Of a stretch of 64,000 nt of DNA, positions 23,543-34,355 are shown one piece after another. The translations under genes and the position numbers were made by a program. The notes beneath the pieces are model-generated. The model had not been told where the DNA came from, made no database searches, and was given only the letters and a program-made list of their open reading frames with translations. Numbering within the stretch: the first letter of the stretch is position 1; each line of letters starts with the position of its first letter. Source of the DNA: Torpedo marmorata (Eukaryota); assembly GCA_977017645.1 (NCBI GenBank), contig OZ360229.1, positions 26,350,001 to 26,414,000 of the forward strand, read 5' to 3'.

Positions 23543-25557
23543 TGTAGCGGCGCGCACTCGCATAATGAGGCCTTTGTTCACCCTGATGGCAGGCAAGTCC
23601 AAAGACGTCACTTGGGACACGGCGTCAAACGAAGCTTTTGAGCAGACCAAGAAGGCGCTGGCAAATGCTACCCTTTTAGCGCACACGAGGGCCGAAGCCC
23701 CCAAGGCGCTTACGGTCGACGCATCCGACACGGCCATAGGGGGAGTCCTCGAACAGCTCGTCAAGGGTCAGTGGCGACCACTCGCCTTTTTCAGCCGGCA
23801 CCTGCGACCGCCAGAGGTAAAATGCAGTGCTTTTGACAGAGAGCTTCTGGAACTCTACCTGGCCGTCCGACACTTCCTGTACTTCCTGGAGGGGAGAGAG
23901 TTCACCGCCTACATGGACCACAAGCCCCTCACCTACGCACTGGCTAAAGTCTCGGACCCATGGTCAGCCCGGCAACAGAGGCACCTGTCGTTCATCTCAG
24001 AGTTCACTTCCGACGTCCGCCACATTGCAGTGAAGAACAACGTCGTCACCGACGCACTGTCTCGCCCCACACTCCTCCCAGTGGGCATCTCGTCCTTGGG
24101 TATTGACTACACTGCACTAGCGGCGGCACAGCAGGCAGACCCTGAAATGCTGGCCTATCGCACCGCCGTCTCAGGCCTCCAGCTACAGGACATCCCTTTC
24201 GGCCCAGCAGCAGACCGGCTCCTTTGCGACGTTTCCACAGACAGGCCCAGACCAGTGGTTCCGGCAGCGTGGAGACGCCGGGTGTTCGATACTCTGCTCA
24301 ACCTGTCCCATCCATCCATCCGAGCGTCCATTAAACTCGTGGCGGACAGATTTGTCTGGCACGGATTGCGCAAGCAAGTGGGACACTGGGCCAGAACCTG
24401 CGTTCACTGCTAAGCCTCCAAGGTACAGCGACATGTTAAGGCCCCGCTCCAGCAGTTCCAGCTGCCAGACAGGAGGTTCCAATACGTCCATGTGCACATC
24501 GTCGGTCCACTGCCAGTCTCCCGGGGCTACAGGTACCTGTTACCATGGTGGACCAGTTCACCAGCTGGCCAGAGGCAGTCCCGCTCACGGAAGCCAGAGC
24601 ACTGATCGCCAACTGGATCGCTAGGTTCGGTCTACCCACGGACATCACTTCGGACAGAGGGGCGCAATTCACTTCGACTTTGTGGACGGCATTGGCACAA
24701 CTCCTGGGCACACAACTGCATCACACCACGGCGTACCACCCCCAGTCCAATGGCCTGGTAGAACGTTTCCACCGCCACCTCAAGTCGGCACTGATGGCTC
24801 GCCTGAAATGCCCCAACTGGTCAGATGAGCTTCCTTGGGTCCTGCTGGGCATTCGGACCGCCCCTAAAGAGGACTTGAGTTCTTCCTCCGCGGAGTTAGT
24901 TTATGGCGCCCCCCTGATGGTACCAGGCGAATTCATTCCAGAGGCCAGCAGTACGGAAGAGACTCCAGTTGCAGTGCTGACGAGACTGCGGGACAAGGTG
25001 GGGACCCTTGCACTGGTCCCGACCTCCAAACATGGTCCAACACCATCTTTCACCCTCAAGGACCTGCAAGACTGTGAGTATGTCTTTATTCGCAGGGGCG
25101 CACACAGGTCACCTCTACAGCGACCGTACGAGGGACCGTTCAAGGTGATCCAGAGGAATGGAACCACGTGCATTGTGGAGGTGGGTGACCAGCAAGAGAC
25201 TTTTACAATAGACCGCCTGAAACCGGCACACTTGGACATTGACCAACCGGTAAGTGTGCCCGCACCGCGACGGCGAGGCCGGCTACCCAAGCAAGGTGCA
25301 CAGGATGGGGGCACCAGGTCCCCGATGGACTTTTTCTGGGGGAGGTGGTGTAGCGGCGCGCACTCGCGGATCTCAAACCGCCATCGGGGACAATGGGGCG
25401 TCCGGAACTACGCGCTCGGGGTGGGACTTCCGGAAAGGGCTCTGACGTCACTTCCGCCCCGGGAATAGTACCTTCATTTTGAATCCAGTAAAGACTTCAT
25501 GATTGAACTTCATAGTCTCTGCGTCTTTAATTGATAGCACGCCGTAGCGCGACTACA
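23543..25557 (+). mobile_element. Gypsy LTR retrotransposon (CsRN1-like), internally deleted
   Basis: Only 19 bp of the 5' LTR remain (TGTAGCGGCGCGCACTCGC), joined directly to RNase H (VDASD..LAFFSR..AFDRELL) and integrase (SDRGAQF, YHPQSNGLVERFH, PYEGPF). PPT 25338-25348, 3' LTR 25349-25557, TSD GTAT. Confidence 0.92.
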
Positions 25558-25647
25558 GTATATACTTAAAAATATAACATACAAATAAATATATAAAACT
25601 ATTTTGAAATAATTTACTCGCTTACAGGATAGAGTCACCTTGGAGGC

Positions 25648-28188
25648 TGTTGTGTTGAGAAGAGTATCAGGTTCGGTGGGTTCACAGAGAGATGTGTCTG
25701 AACACAAGTGTTACAATCTCACATAACTTTTATTAACACACGGGAAACAAACAGGGGAGAACATTAAACGGTACGCAATTACTAATTCACGTAAGCAACG
25801 ATACAGACATTCACCTCAGACATCAGTTAGACTCCGACAACGGTAAACCTATATTCCACCCCGCTCACACACTATAAACAGGGACTCTTACACACACTCC
25901 CGGTTCCCTGATCAATGGGTGTGCGGCTCTATGGCAAGTATTGATCTATCGCAATACTACGGCTCAGCTTCAGTGTAGTGCACACCTTACCTGTAACCCT
26001 TCCAGCGACGTCCACGGTAGCGACCTGGCATGGAGCGGTGTTCGGGGCTTAGACCACGAGACAGAGAGAGCGAATGTGCCATGCGAGGTGTGCACTAATT
26101 CGTGTCCAGAGTCCAACCTTGACTGACAGGTGATGTGACTTCCGAATAAGTTTCAGACGGGGGGGGAGGGCACGTGACCACCCGCAATACACACATTCCA
26201 GACAGTCAAGGAAGCCACGTTTCCTCCACACACAACATTCCACCCCTCGGAAGCCACATCACTCTGGAATCACAATGATGACAATCAATGACTCTATGTA
26301 CATGTTATAACTAAAAAACAAAAAGACGTGTTTAAAACAAAATGATACCAATCAAGCGGATTAATAAATACACAAGTGCCTTCCGTATGCTGGACAAGGC
26401 ACATAATCAAGTTCAATGACAGCGCCTCACCAGTCCTGGCGAACATAGCGGCGGTGGGGATGCCATTTAAGCGGGTACGATCTATGCCCGCACGTACTAG
26501 GGCACGGTACAAGTCCCTACAGACCTCGCCATTCCTGTTTTCCCCATATTTTGTCTCCACCCGGCGATCCTGTGCGGGGACCCCCTTTGCGGCTGCTCCC
26601 CGTTCTAGATACTCCAGCCCTTCCAGCAGGGCAATGGCTTCATGGACCGCCTTGCCGCTTGCTGTTCCCATCAAGGGCAAGACCACCTCTCTGAGGTCAG
26701 GGTGATTAGATGCCCCGCCAAGGCGGGGGATACCCTGACGTCCTCAGGGAGGTTGCGCCCGGGAGCCCCGCCGTAGAGGTTGGTGATAAGGGGCTCATTC
26801 CCTGATGACACTCGTGCCCTCGCTAATGGTATGCCACTGCAGTCAGCACGTCAGGTCCCACTCTAACAGCGTGGGAAACCTGGCCCGCACCGCAGCTACT
26901 ACCCGGTCCCACAGCGTGCTTCCCTCCACAATCCCTTCAGGATGCACCCGCAGGGAGTTATTGACTGAGTGCTGTGTGGACAGACTACCCAAAGAGCCAG
27001 CCTCCAGATGGGACAGGCGGACATGGGGGGCCCCCTCGTCCCACAACTGGAGTAGCCAGGCAGCCAGATGCTCGCCCGCCGCTGGCGGTATCTGTCCGCC
27101 AGCACAGCCAATTCCGTGGCGGAGTACACTCTCAATATAACCTCGCACCGGCCCCTCTCCCGTTCGCTCGGACCCTCACCGTTCTCGGCACTCTTCCCAT
27201 TTTGCTGAACCTCAAGGTGGTGCCAGAACTGTGTGGTCACCGGCCGGGCTTGCAAGGTGTCCGGAACGTAGGGGGGTGGCACGCGTAGTTCACGTGTCTC
27301 TGCAAAGTCATCATCATCCAACCACACATCCCCATCCCCCAACCATGCATCACTCTCCTCCCCGCACATAATGATCGCCCTGATCTTAACTGGGTCGCTG
27401 GGTCAACCTGCCAGCCAGATCGATGGGCTGCCTGAAGCTGCCACGCTTTGATCAGCTGGCAGGCAGCTTCAGTGTACTTTGCTTCTACGCGGCTTGTGCA
27501 TGCCCTAGCAGCGTCCAGTGCATCCCGCATGGACTCGCGCTCGATGGTTATGGATTCTATCTGCTCGATGTTCTGAGCACACTGCCTGCTTAATTCCAAC
27601 GTGATAACCCACTAGTGCCTCAGTTGGGATACTAGTAGCCACTACTCTCCCTGGTCCCAGGAAACGCCAGTTCCTCCAGAAGGGAGACCACGTGGTGCCC
27701 TATCTTCTGCCCGTGGGGGTCCAACCTGTTTAGCTAATTTATTGGCCTGGCGTGGCTTATCAGCCACGCTGCCAAACGGCTGAATCCCTGACGGTCATCG
27801 GTCCACCCGGGGATTTTATACTCTGACCCCGGGGTCCCTTCCCTATTTGTGGGTCACCTCCTGCTGCCCCCGTTGATGAGCAGGTACACAATAAATCATG
27901 CACCCGACAGGACACCTACACACACAGTTATTAACACAATCTCCCACATGGTTAAGACAATCTCCCACTCCAACATGGTTAAAACTCCACGTGTGTCCAG
28001 TCGTAACTCTTTGAACCCTGCTCGCAGCGTCAATTGTTGTGTTAGAAGGGTATCAGGTTCGGTGGGTTCACAGAGAGAAGAGTCTGGACACAAGTGTTAC
28101 AATCACACATAACGTTTATTAACACATGGGAAACAAACAGGGGAGAACGTTAAACGGTATACAATTACTAATTCACGTAAGCAATGAT
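25648..28188 (-). mobile_element. Class III (ERV-L/ERV-S-like) endogenous retrovirus, gag-only
   Basis: 3' LTR 25648-26237 (TGTTGTGT..ACACAACA, AATAAA) and PPT GAGGGGTGGAA. Partial 5' LTR 28035-28188; tRNA-Ser-like PBS at 28012-28033. The ~1.8-kb interior carries ERV-L/S gag motifs and no pol. Confidence 0.85.
26430..27980 (-). pseudogene. ERV-L/ERV-S-like gag (frameshifted)
   Basis: Coiled-coil, then WLGDGDVW, the PPPY late motif, LQARPV, YSATEL..RQ..GEHLAAWLLQLWDEG and DLYRALVRAGIDRTRLNGIPT. No CCHC knuckle. Confidence 0.82.
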
Positions 28189-29130
28189 CTATATGATAAT
28201 CTGGTCATTGGATCAGCAAATTTGCAGATGACACAAAGATTGGAGGTGTTGTGGACAGCAAGGAAGGCTTTCAAAGCTTGCAGAGGGATCTGGACCAGCT
28301 GGTAAAATGGGCTGACAATTTAATGCAGACAAGTGTGAGGTGTTGCATTTTGGAAGGACAAACCAAGAAAGGGCACACAGTAAATGGTAGGGCACTGAAG
28401 AGTGTGGTAGAACAGAGGGATCTGGGAGTGCAGATACATAATTCCCTGAAAGTGGCGTCACAGATGGATAGAGTTGTAAAGAGAGCTTTTGGCATATTGG
28501 CCTTCATAAATCAAAGTATTGAATATAGGAGTTGGGATGTTATGGTAAAATTGTAGAAGACATTGGTGAGGCCAAATTTGGAGTATTGTGTGCGGTTTTG
28601 GTCACCTAACTACAGCTAAGATATCAATAAGATTGAAAGAGTGCAGAGAAGATTTACTAGGATGTTGCCCGAACTTCAGGAAATGAGTTATAGGGAAAGG
28701 TTAAGCAGGTTAGGACTTTATTCCCTGGAGCATAGAAGCATGAGGGGAGATTTGAATGAGGTATTTAAAATTATCAGGGGGATAGACAGAATAAATGTAG
28801 GTAGGCTTTTCCCACTGAGGATAGGTGAGATGCAAACCAGAGGACATGGGTTAAGGGTGAAAGGAGAAAGGTTTAGAGGAAAAATTAGGGGGAACTTCTT
28901 CACACAGAGAGTGGTGGGAGTGTAGAATGAGCTGCCAGCTTGAAGTGGTGAATGCAGGCTCAATTTTAATTTTTAAGAAGAATTTGGACAGGTACATGGA
29001 TTGGTGGGGTTTGGAGGGCTATGGTCAGAGTGCAGGTCAGTGGGACTCGGGAGAATAATAGTTTGGCACAGACTAGAAGGGCCGAAGGGCCTGTTTCTGT
29101 GCTGTATTGTTCTATGGTTCTATAGTTCTA
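28184..29130 (+). mobile_element. CR1 LINE 3' fragment (HER1-like)
   Basis: SKFADDTKIGG and ERVQRRFTRMLP motifs, tail TTCTATGGTTCTATAGTTCTA. Confidence 0.92.
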
Positions 29131-29384
29131 AGTGAGTTGGACAGGTTTTTAACAAAAAAAGCAATAATTCTATTGCCATTGTCAATACCACATTTCCCAC
29201 TCCAGATTCATTTAATTAACTGATTTTAAACTACCCTGAACTCATGGGCATGAATGTTTATTCTACTCACCAGATTATTAGCCCAGTGAATTAACCACAG
29301 CACTGTTGTATCCCCTGAAGTGCAAGGCATTATCTTTTACTAATGGAATAGACCTCCCATTAGTGAAACATTATGCCTTACACT

Positions 29385-29610
29385 GGAATTGGAACAAAAG
29401 AAATTAGACAGGGAATTAGAACAAAAGAAATTAGACAGGGAATTGGAACAAAAGAGATTAGACTTGGAGGTAGCCAGGGAACAAAAGAAATTAGACAGGG
29501 AATTGGAACAAAAGAGATTAGACTTGGAGGCAGACAGAGAACAAAAGAGATTAGAGAACGAGGAGAAAATTAAGCAATATGAGCTGGAATAGATTAAATT
29601 GGAGAGAGAC
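29385..29610 (+). repeat. 27-bp/60-bp tandem repeat encoding an E/K/R/L coiled-coil
   Basis: ELEQKKLDR units and a 20-aa higher-order repeat, in frame, with one stop near the end. Confidence 0.8.
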
Positions 29611-29611
29611 A

Positions 29612-30838
29612 ATGACTGTTTAAGTTTACGAATGCTTGGCCTGCTTTTCTTCTCTGATGACTTTCCCTTTTGGTAGATTCACGAGGATTGCGACTCCAAA
29701 TCCGTTTTGGATTGAGGCGTGTACTTGGATCTCACAGCCTGTCTTGCTGATCTCACGCCTGTTCTTCACAAAAGTTGTTTTTTTCTCAGGATTTTGCTGA
29801 GACAGGAGGTCATGTGCTATTCTCCCAGCCTTTTCCCCTGGGATGCACAAGCCTGGATTTTGCTGTGTTCTCCAGCTTTTGCAACTCCAAACACAACTGA
29901 ACCTCAATGCTTTTTGCAGAGGTTTGCACCTGCTTTTGCAAAAGTGCAACAAAGTATCTCTCCACAGTCTGTCTCTCTCTGGTGTCTCTCTCTCTGTGAG
30001 TGCAACAAGTCCTGGGCAAGTTAACTCTTTCAGTAGCCGGTCCCAGTGTGTACTCCAAAAGACTTCATCCTTCCTGCTGACCGTCCACAGTCCAGCCGCC
30101 CAGTCGACTGCCGTCGGTTCCGCACGGGCTTTGAACAGCCCGTTAAAGGAGCCGACAGTGGTTTTATTTGAGATCCCGCAACCGCGGGGTCTGCGCCCAA
30201 GATGGCAGCGCCTATTAATCGGCAGCAGCAATGAGGGGCTGCAGACTCCGGGGAAGTGGGGGACTGGAGCAGGGCACCAGTGGACGGGAAGATCACCCCC
30301 GTCTGAGAAGGAGAAGCGGAGGAGATGACCCACGGGACGGTGAGCACAGCGGCGGACCGGTGAGGGGCTCTGAGGCTGAAGGACCAGTGCATGCGGCGGG
30401 CTGCTGGCGACTCGAGGCGAGGAACCCGCGGAGGCTGTGGGCTGCTGGAGACTGCTGTCGGGGGACTCACGACGGGCTGCGGACTGCTGGAGGTTGGCTC
30501 GAACTGGCTGGAGGAGTACCAGGTATCGGAACCGGGATGTGAGGGGGTGCCGAGGGCGACCTGACCGTGTTGGAGGTTTGGATCTGGGGCTCGGGATGCC
30601 GATCATTTGGACTGGACTCTGTGTGGCTGCGGAAGCGCTGGAGGCGAATCTATGGACACTCGGTGACTCTGGGGGGACTCTCTTTTGCTTCTCTTTCTCT
30701 GACTGTAAGGAATGTTAGAGGCGCTTAGGCAATTTCTGCCGATGGCGAATCTGTCTGCCTTGCAGCAGGCAAAAAGAAATTTTGTGGTATATGACACTGT
30801 CTTATTGCTGTGACAATAAATTGAATCTTGATCTTGAA
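29612..30838 (+). mobile_element. Long non-coding GC-rich retroposon with LINE-type tail (5' boundary uncertain)
   Basis: Ends GTGACAATAAATTGAATCTTGATCTTGA. The last 150 bp recur almost identically, inverted, at 44269-44419. No recognisable protein domain. Confidence 0.65.
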
Positions 30839-32205
30839 ATGGTCAGTCATGGTGCATAACACTGTGTTCTTCTATTTAACACTATACCTCATTCACTTTT
30901 TGTTTTATTGTTAAGACTATCCCTTTTGTTTTCATTCTATTTATGCTGCACCATGTATAGGCTGACGTGCCTGGATAGCATGCAAAACAAAGTTTTCATT
31001 GCATAGCATTACACGTAACAATTAACTATTCTATTCAAATCAGTCTAGGGTTGGATTTCCATGCAGTTCAAAGATAAGTGCCCTGACTGTCTATGTCCTT
31101 TGGTGAGATAATAAAAAGCCAGGAGTAAAACAGGAACTTTTCAGCAAGCCTCTATCACTCTATTATCAGCTCAATTGCTTTCATTCCATTTGTTCTACAT
31201 TAGAAAGGGGTGACTTAATTTCCTTTGCAGCTAACTCTTCTGCCCGCTTCTTTGCTTATCACCTCACTGCCAAGAGCATTGCTCTCTCTGCAGAGTTATT
31301 AATAACTTAATGATTCTCACCTTGCTCCTGTTTGCATTCTGATTCTCACCTTCGTTTAAGTTCTTTCTCACGAGTTGAAGAAGAATGAACCAACATTCAT
31401 AGAGCATTTTCTTACACTCTTGGAGCAGCACAGGTGCCAATGCTCAAGCATTTAACTTTTGAAGAAAGATGGGAAAGAATATGAAAGAAATTGTCCTTAA
31501 AGAGAGGAAATCTTCCAACCATCCCTGGATTAGATTGTACAGGATCACAGACCCACCAAAGAGGTTGACACTTTTAATAGGCTCCTCAATTCATGGGCAG
31601 TTTAAAATGGATAATAAATGCTGATGTTGCTGTTTGTGTCCACATCCTGTGGATAAACAAGGTATGAGCAATCAATTTGTGTACAGCAAGATGTCACACA
31701 AAGCAAATGAGACTGATTATAAGTTACCTGAATTTAATAGGGCATGCAATGAAGTGGGGTATTTGCAACTGCTCTCCTCCTCCACCGTCTGGCCTGAACT
31801 AAAGTCATTGTCTCCAGTTCTGCAAAATGAGGAGTATAACTGCGTTCAAGCACTTCATCTCCAGACGCTAATAGATTGGTGGCTGCTCATCAGAAACATT
31901 GACAACATAACCTAAAAAGAGTGCAAACATTGACACATATGCATTACCACCCACAGCTGAGATGCTATCAGCAACAAAGAAAATAGGATTTAAGTTTCAC
32001 ACTCTTGAAAGCACTGGTGCAGAAGATGCTAACTTGCTTTTTGACCCCTATGAGTTCTTAGCACTAGTGGTTACCAGCAGGTTCCTCAAAAGTTTTGTGA
32101 TGGTCTGAGAAAAGCTTCATTCCCAGTTCAGATCACAGTGATTACTCTCCTCAGCTTTTCCCAAATGACGGCACCATGTTGTTGGACTAGTACCATTGTA
32201 ACTAA

Positions 32206-32440
32206 AGTAAAACACGAAAATCTGTAGACACCGTGGTTGAAGTAAAAAACACAAATGCTGGAGAAACTCAACAGGTCAAACAGTGTCTTTTATGTAGCAA
32301 AGGTAGAAATACATAACCGACGTTTCATCAAAGTACGATGAAGGGCTCAAGCCCGAAACGTCGGTTATGTATTTCTACCTTTGCTACATAAAAGACACTG
32401 TTTGACCTGCTGAGTTTCTCCAGCATTTGTGTTTTTTTAC
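32206..32440. mobile_element. Penelope terminal fragment in inverted arrangement with TSD
   Basis: A ~95-bp near-perfect inverted repeat around GATGAAGGGCTCAAGCCCGAAACGTC, flanked by direct repeats TACCATTGTAACTAA at 32191 and 32438. Confidence 0.85.
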
Positions 32441-33064
32441 CATTGTAACTAAGCCTGATGTTACTAACATGAAACCGAACAGCACAGCAACAGGCCCTTT
32501 GGTCCACAATGCCTGTGCTGAACATGCTGCTAAAGTAAATTAGATCTCTTCTGCCTGCACATGATCTATTCACCTCTATTTCAGACATATCATACGTCCA
32601 CAGACTTGGAGCTGTAAAATGTAGAGTGAAGGTCTTTCTACCTTTTCTCATCAATACAGCTGAGACCAGAACCATGGCTTTGCCCAATTCTTTTGTCAAG
32701 TCATTTCCACCTTACTTTAAAAAGTATCACTTAACAAATATATTGAAGCTTTGTTTGGAAACTTCATTCAGGCCCTCACTGAAGGAGCTTTGGGCTTGGG
32801 CTTCAAAATATTTGAACACAAAAGAAGAAAGAGAAACAAAGGAAATGTTTCCTTTTTTGAAATTGGATGTATATTATCAATCATGCATTAAAACAGAGTC
32901 ACAGCCTAATAGTGTGGAAGTGCTTTTGTCATGGAGGCTGAAACAATTCAAGGGTATTGTCTAATGTGAGGAATAAATGCTCGTGATTCCAATATCTTAC
33001 GGCAAATAAAAAAAAATAAAAAAGAAGATTGAATGCCTTTCATGACAAGCACTGGAGAGGTGGA

Positions 33065-33220
33065 GACACACGAGAAAGTGCAGACGCTGACATTTGGATT
33101 AAAGAAGAAACAACCTGCTGGAAGAATTCAACAGGCCTTGATGAAGAGTTCCGATCCGACACGTCGACACGGATGCTGCTCAACCCACTGAGTTCTTCCG
33201 TGGAGATTGTTTTTTACTCA
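33065..33220. mobile_element. Degenerate Penelope terminal fragment
   Basis: TGCAGACGCTG..TGCTGGAAGAATTCAACAGG followed by TTGATGAAGAG..GACACGTC and an inverted CTGAGTTCTTCC. Confidence 0.55.
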
Positions 33221-33614
33221 AGAACTAGAGAAGGTTAGGTTAAACCACACCAAAGATGAGTAGGTTAAAAAGACAGCTAATGAAGGGGTTCAAAGCAAAT
33301 TGTGCCTTCCCAAAGTAAATATGAGAAATGGCACATATTTAATAATGACACTAATGAGTTAAAGAGGTAGTTTGAAGATGATTTTTATATATGCTAGGAT
33401 GCTCTAACATGGTCAAAGCAAATAGATTTTTAAGATAAATATTTGAGAAAAAAAATTGAAAGTAAAATGTGACTAAGATGAAGAAAAGGCTAAGTGGGTG
33501 ACAGTTCCAAAGAGTCGGCATAGGGGCAAGCCCTTTAGGCAACAGGGTATTGTGGGAGATAAAGAAGATGACTTTCATTCCCTTAGCATCCACCACGTTA
33601 ATTTCTGCTACCCT

Positions 33615-33960
33615 GAAAAGCATTTAAGTGCAAAAGAATTACTTTGGAAGTGTAGCCTTTGTCATAAGGTAAGAAACACAATCCCAACTTGTGCTTCAGA
33701 AGCCCCCACAAACATTAATGTGATGAGGGGCAGATCGTCTATATTTAATGACATATTTGCCAAAATGCTCAACCCACAACCCACCTCACACCCATCCATC
33801 CTTGTCCCCTATTACATCTACCTAAAGTTTCAGACAAGGCCTCGGTTTAACATCTTATTCACAGGAAATATCTCCAACATTGCAGCATTACATTAGTATC
33901 ATGATGAAATAATAACCTAAACTTCTGCGCTAGAGACAGGAGAACATCTGAGTAAGCTAC
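33615..33960 (-). mobile_element. Degenerate Deu-domain-like SINE
   Basis: Similar by eye to 48820-49205 and 57810-58150 (TACTTTGGAAGTGTAG.., CCCACAAACA.., GGCCTCGGTTTAACATCT). Confidence 0.5.
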
Positions 33961-34355
33961 ATGATAACATTTTCAGTAACTAGCACTTGGAATGAACCAA
34001 GAGTGACCAACTTCTGCCAAAGATCTAAAATAAGAGGGAGGGGTGGGGCAGAGGGACAGAGCAGGAAGTGCTCCAGGCTCACAGCTCCAGGGTCCAGGAT
34101 CAATCCTGACCTAAGGTGCTGTTTGTGTGGAGTTTAATTAGTTGAGTTTCCTCACATATCTCAAAGAGGCGCTTGATGGTAAATTATCCCTCAGTATAGA
34201 TTAGTGGCAAAAACACTCAAAGAAGAGTTGATCGGCATGTGCAAAAGAGAATAAGGCGCAGAAGTACAGGGAAATAAGAAGGGGAAATGGGACCAAATGG
34301 AAATATTCTTCTGGGTGCCAATATAGACCTGAAGGACAAAATAGTCTCTTTCTGT

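Noticed and set aside
29626-30606. 326-aa minus-strand ORF
   Set aside because: No recognisable domain, GC-rich, and antisense to a retroposon whose tail is on the plus strand.
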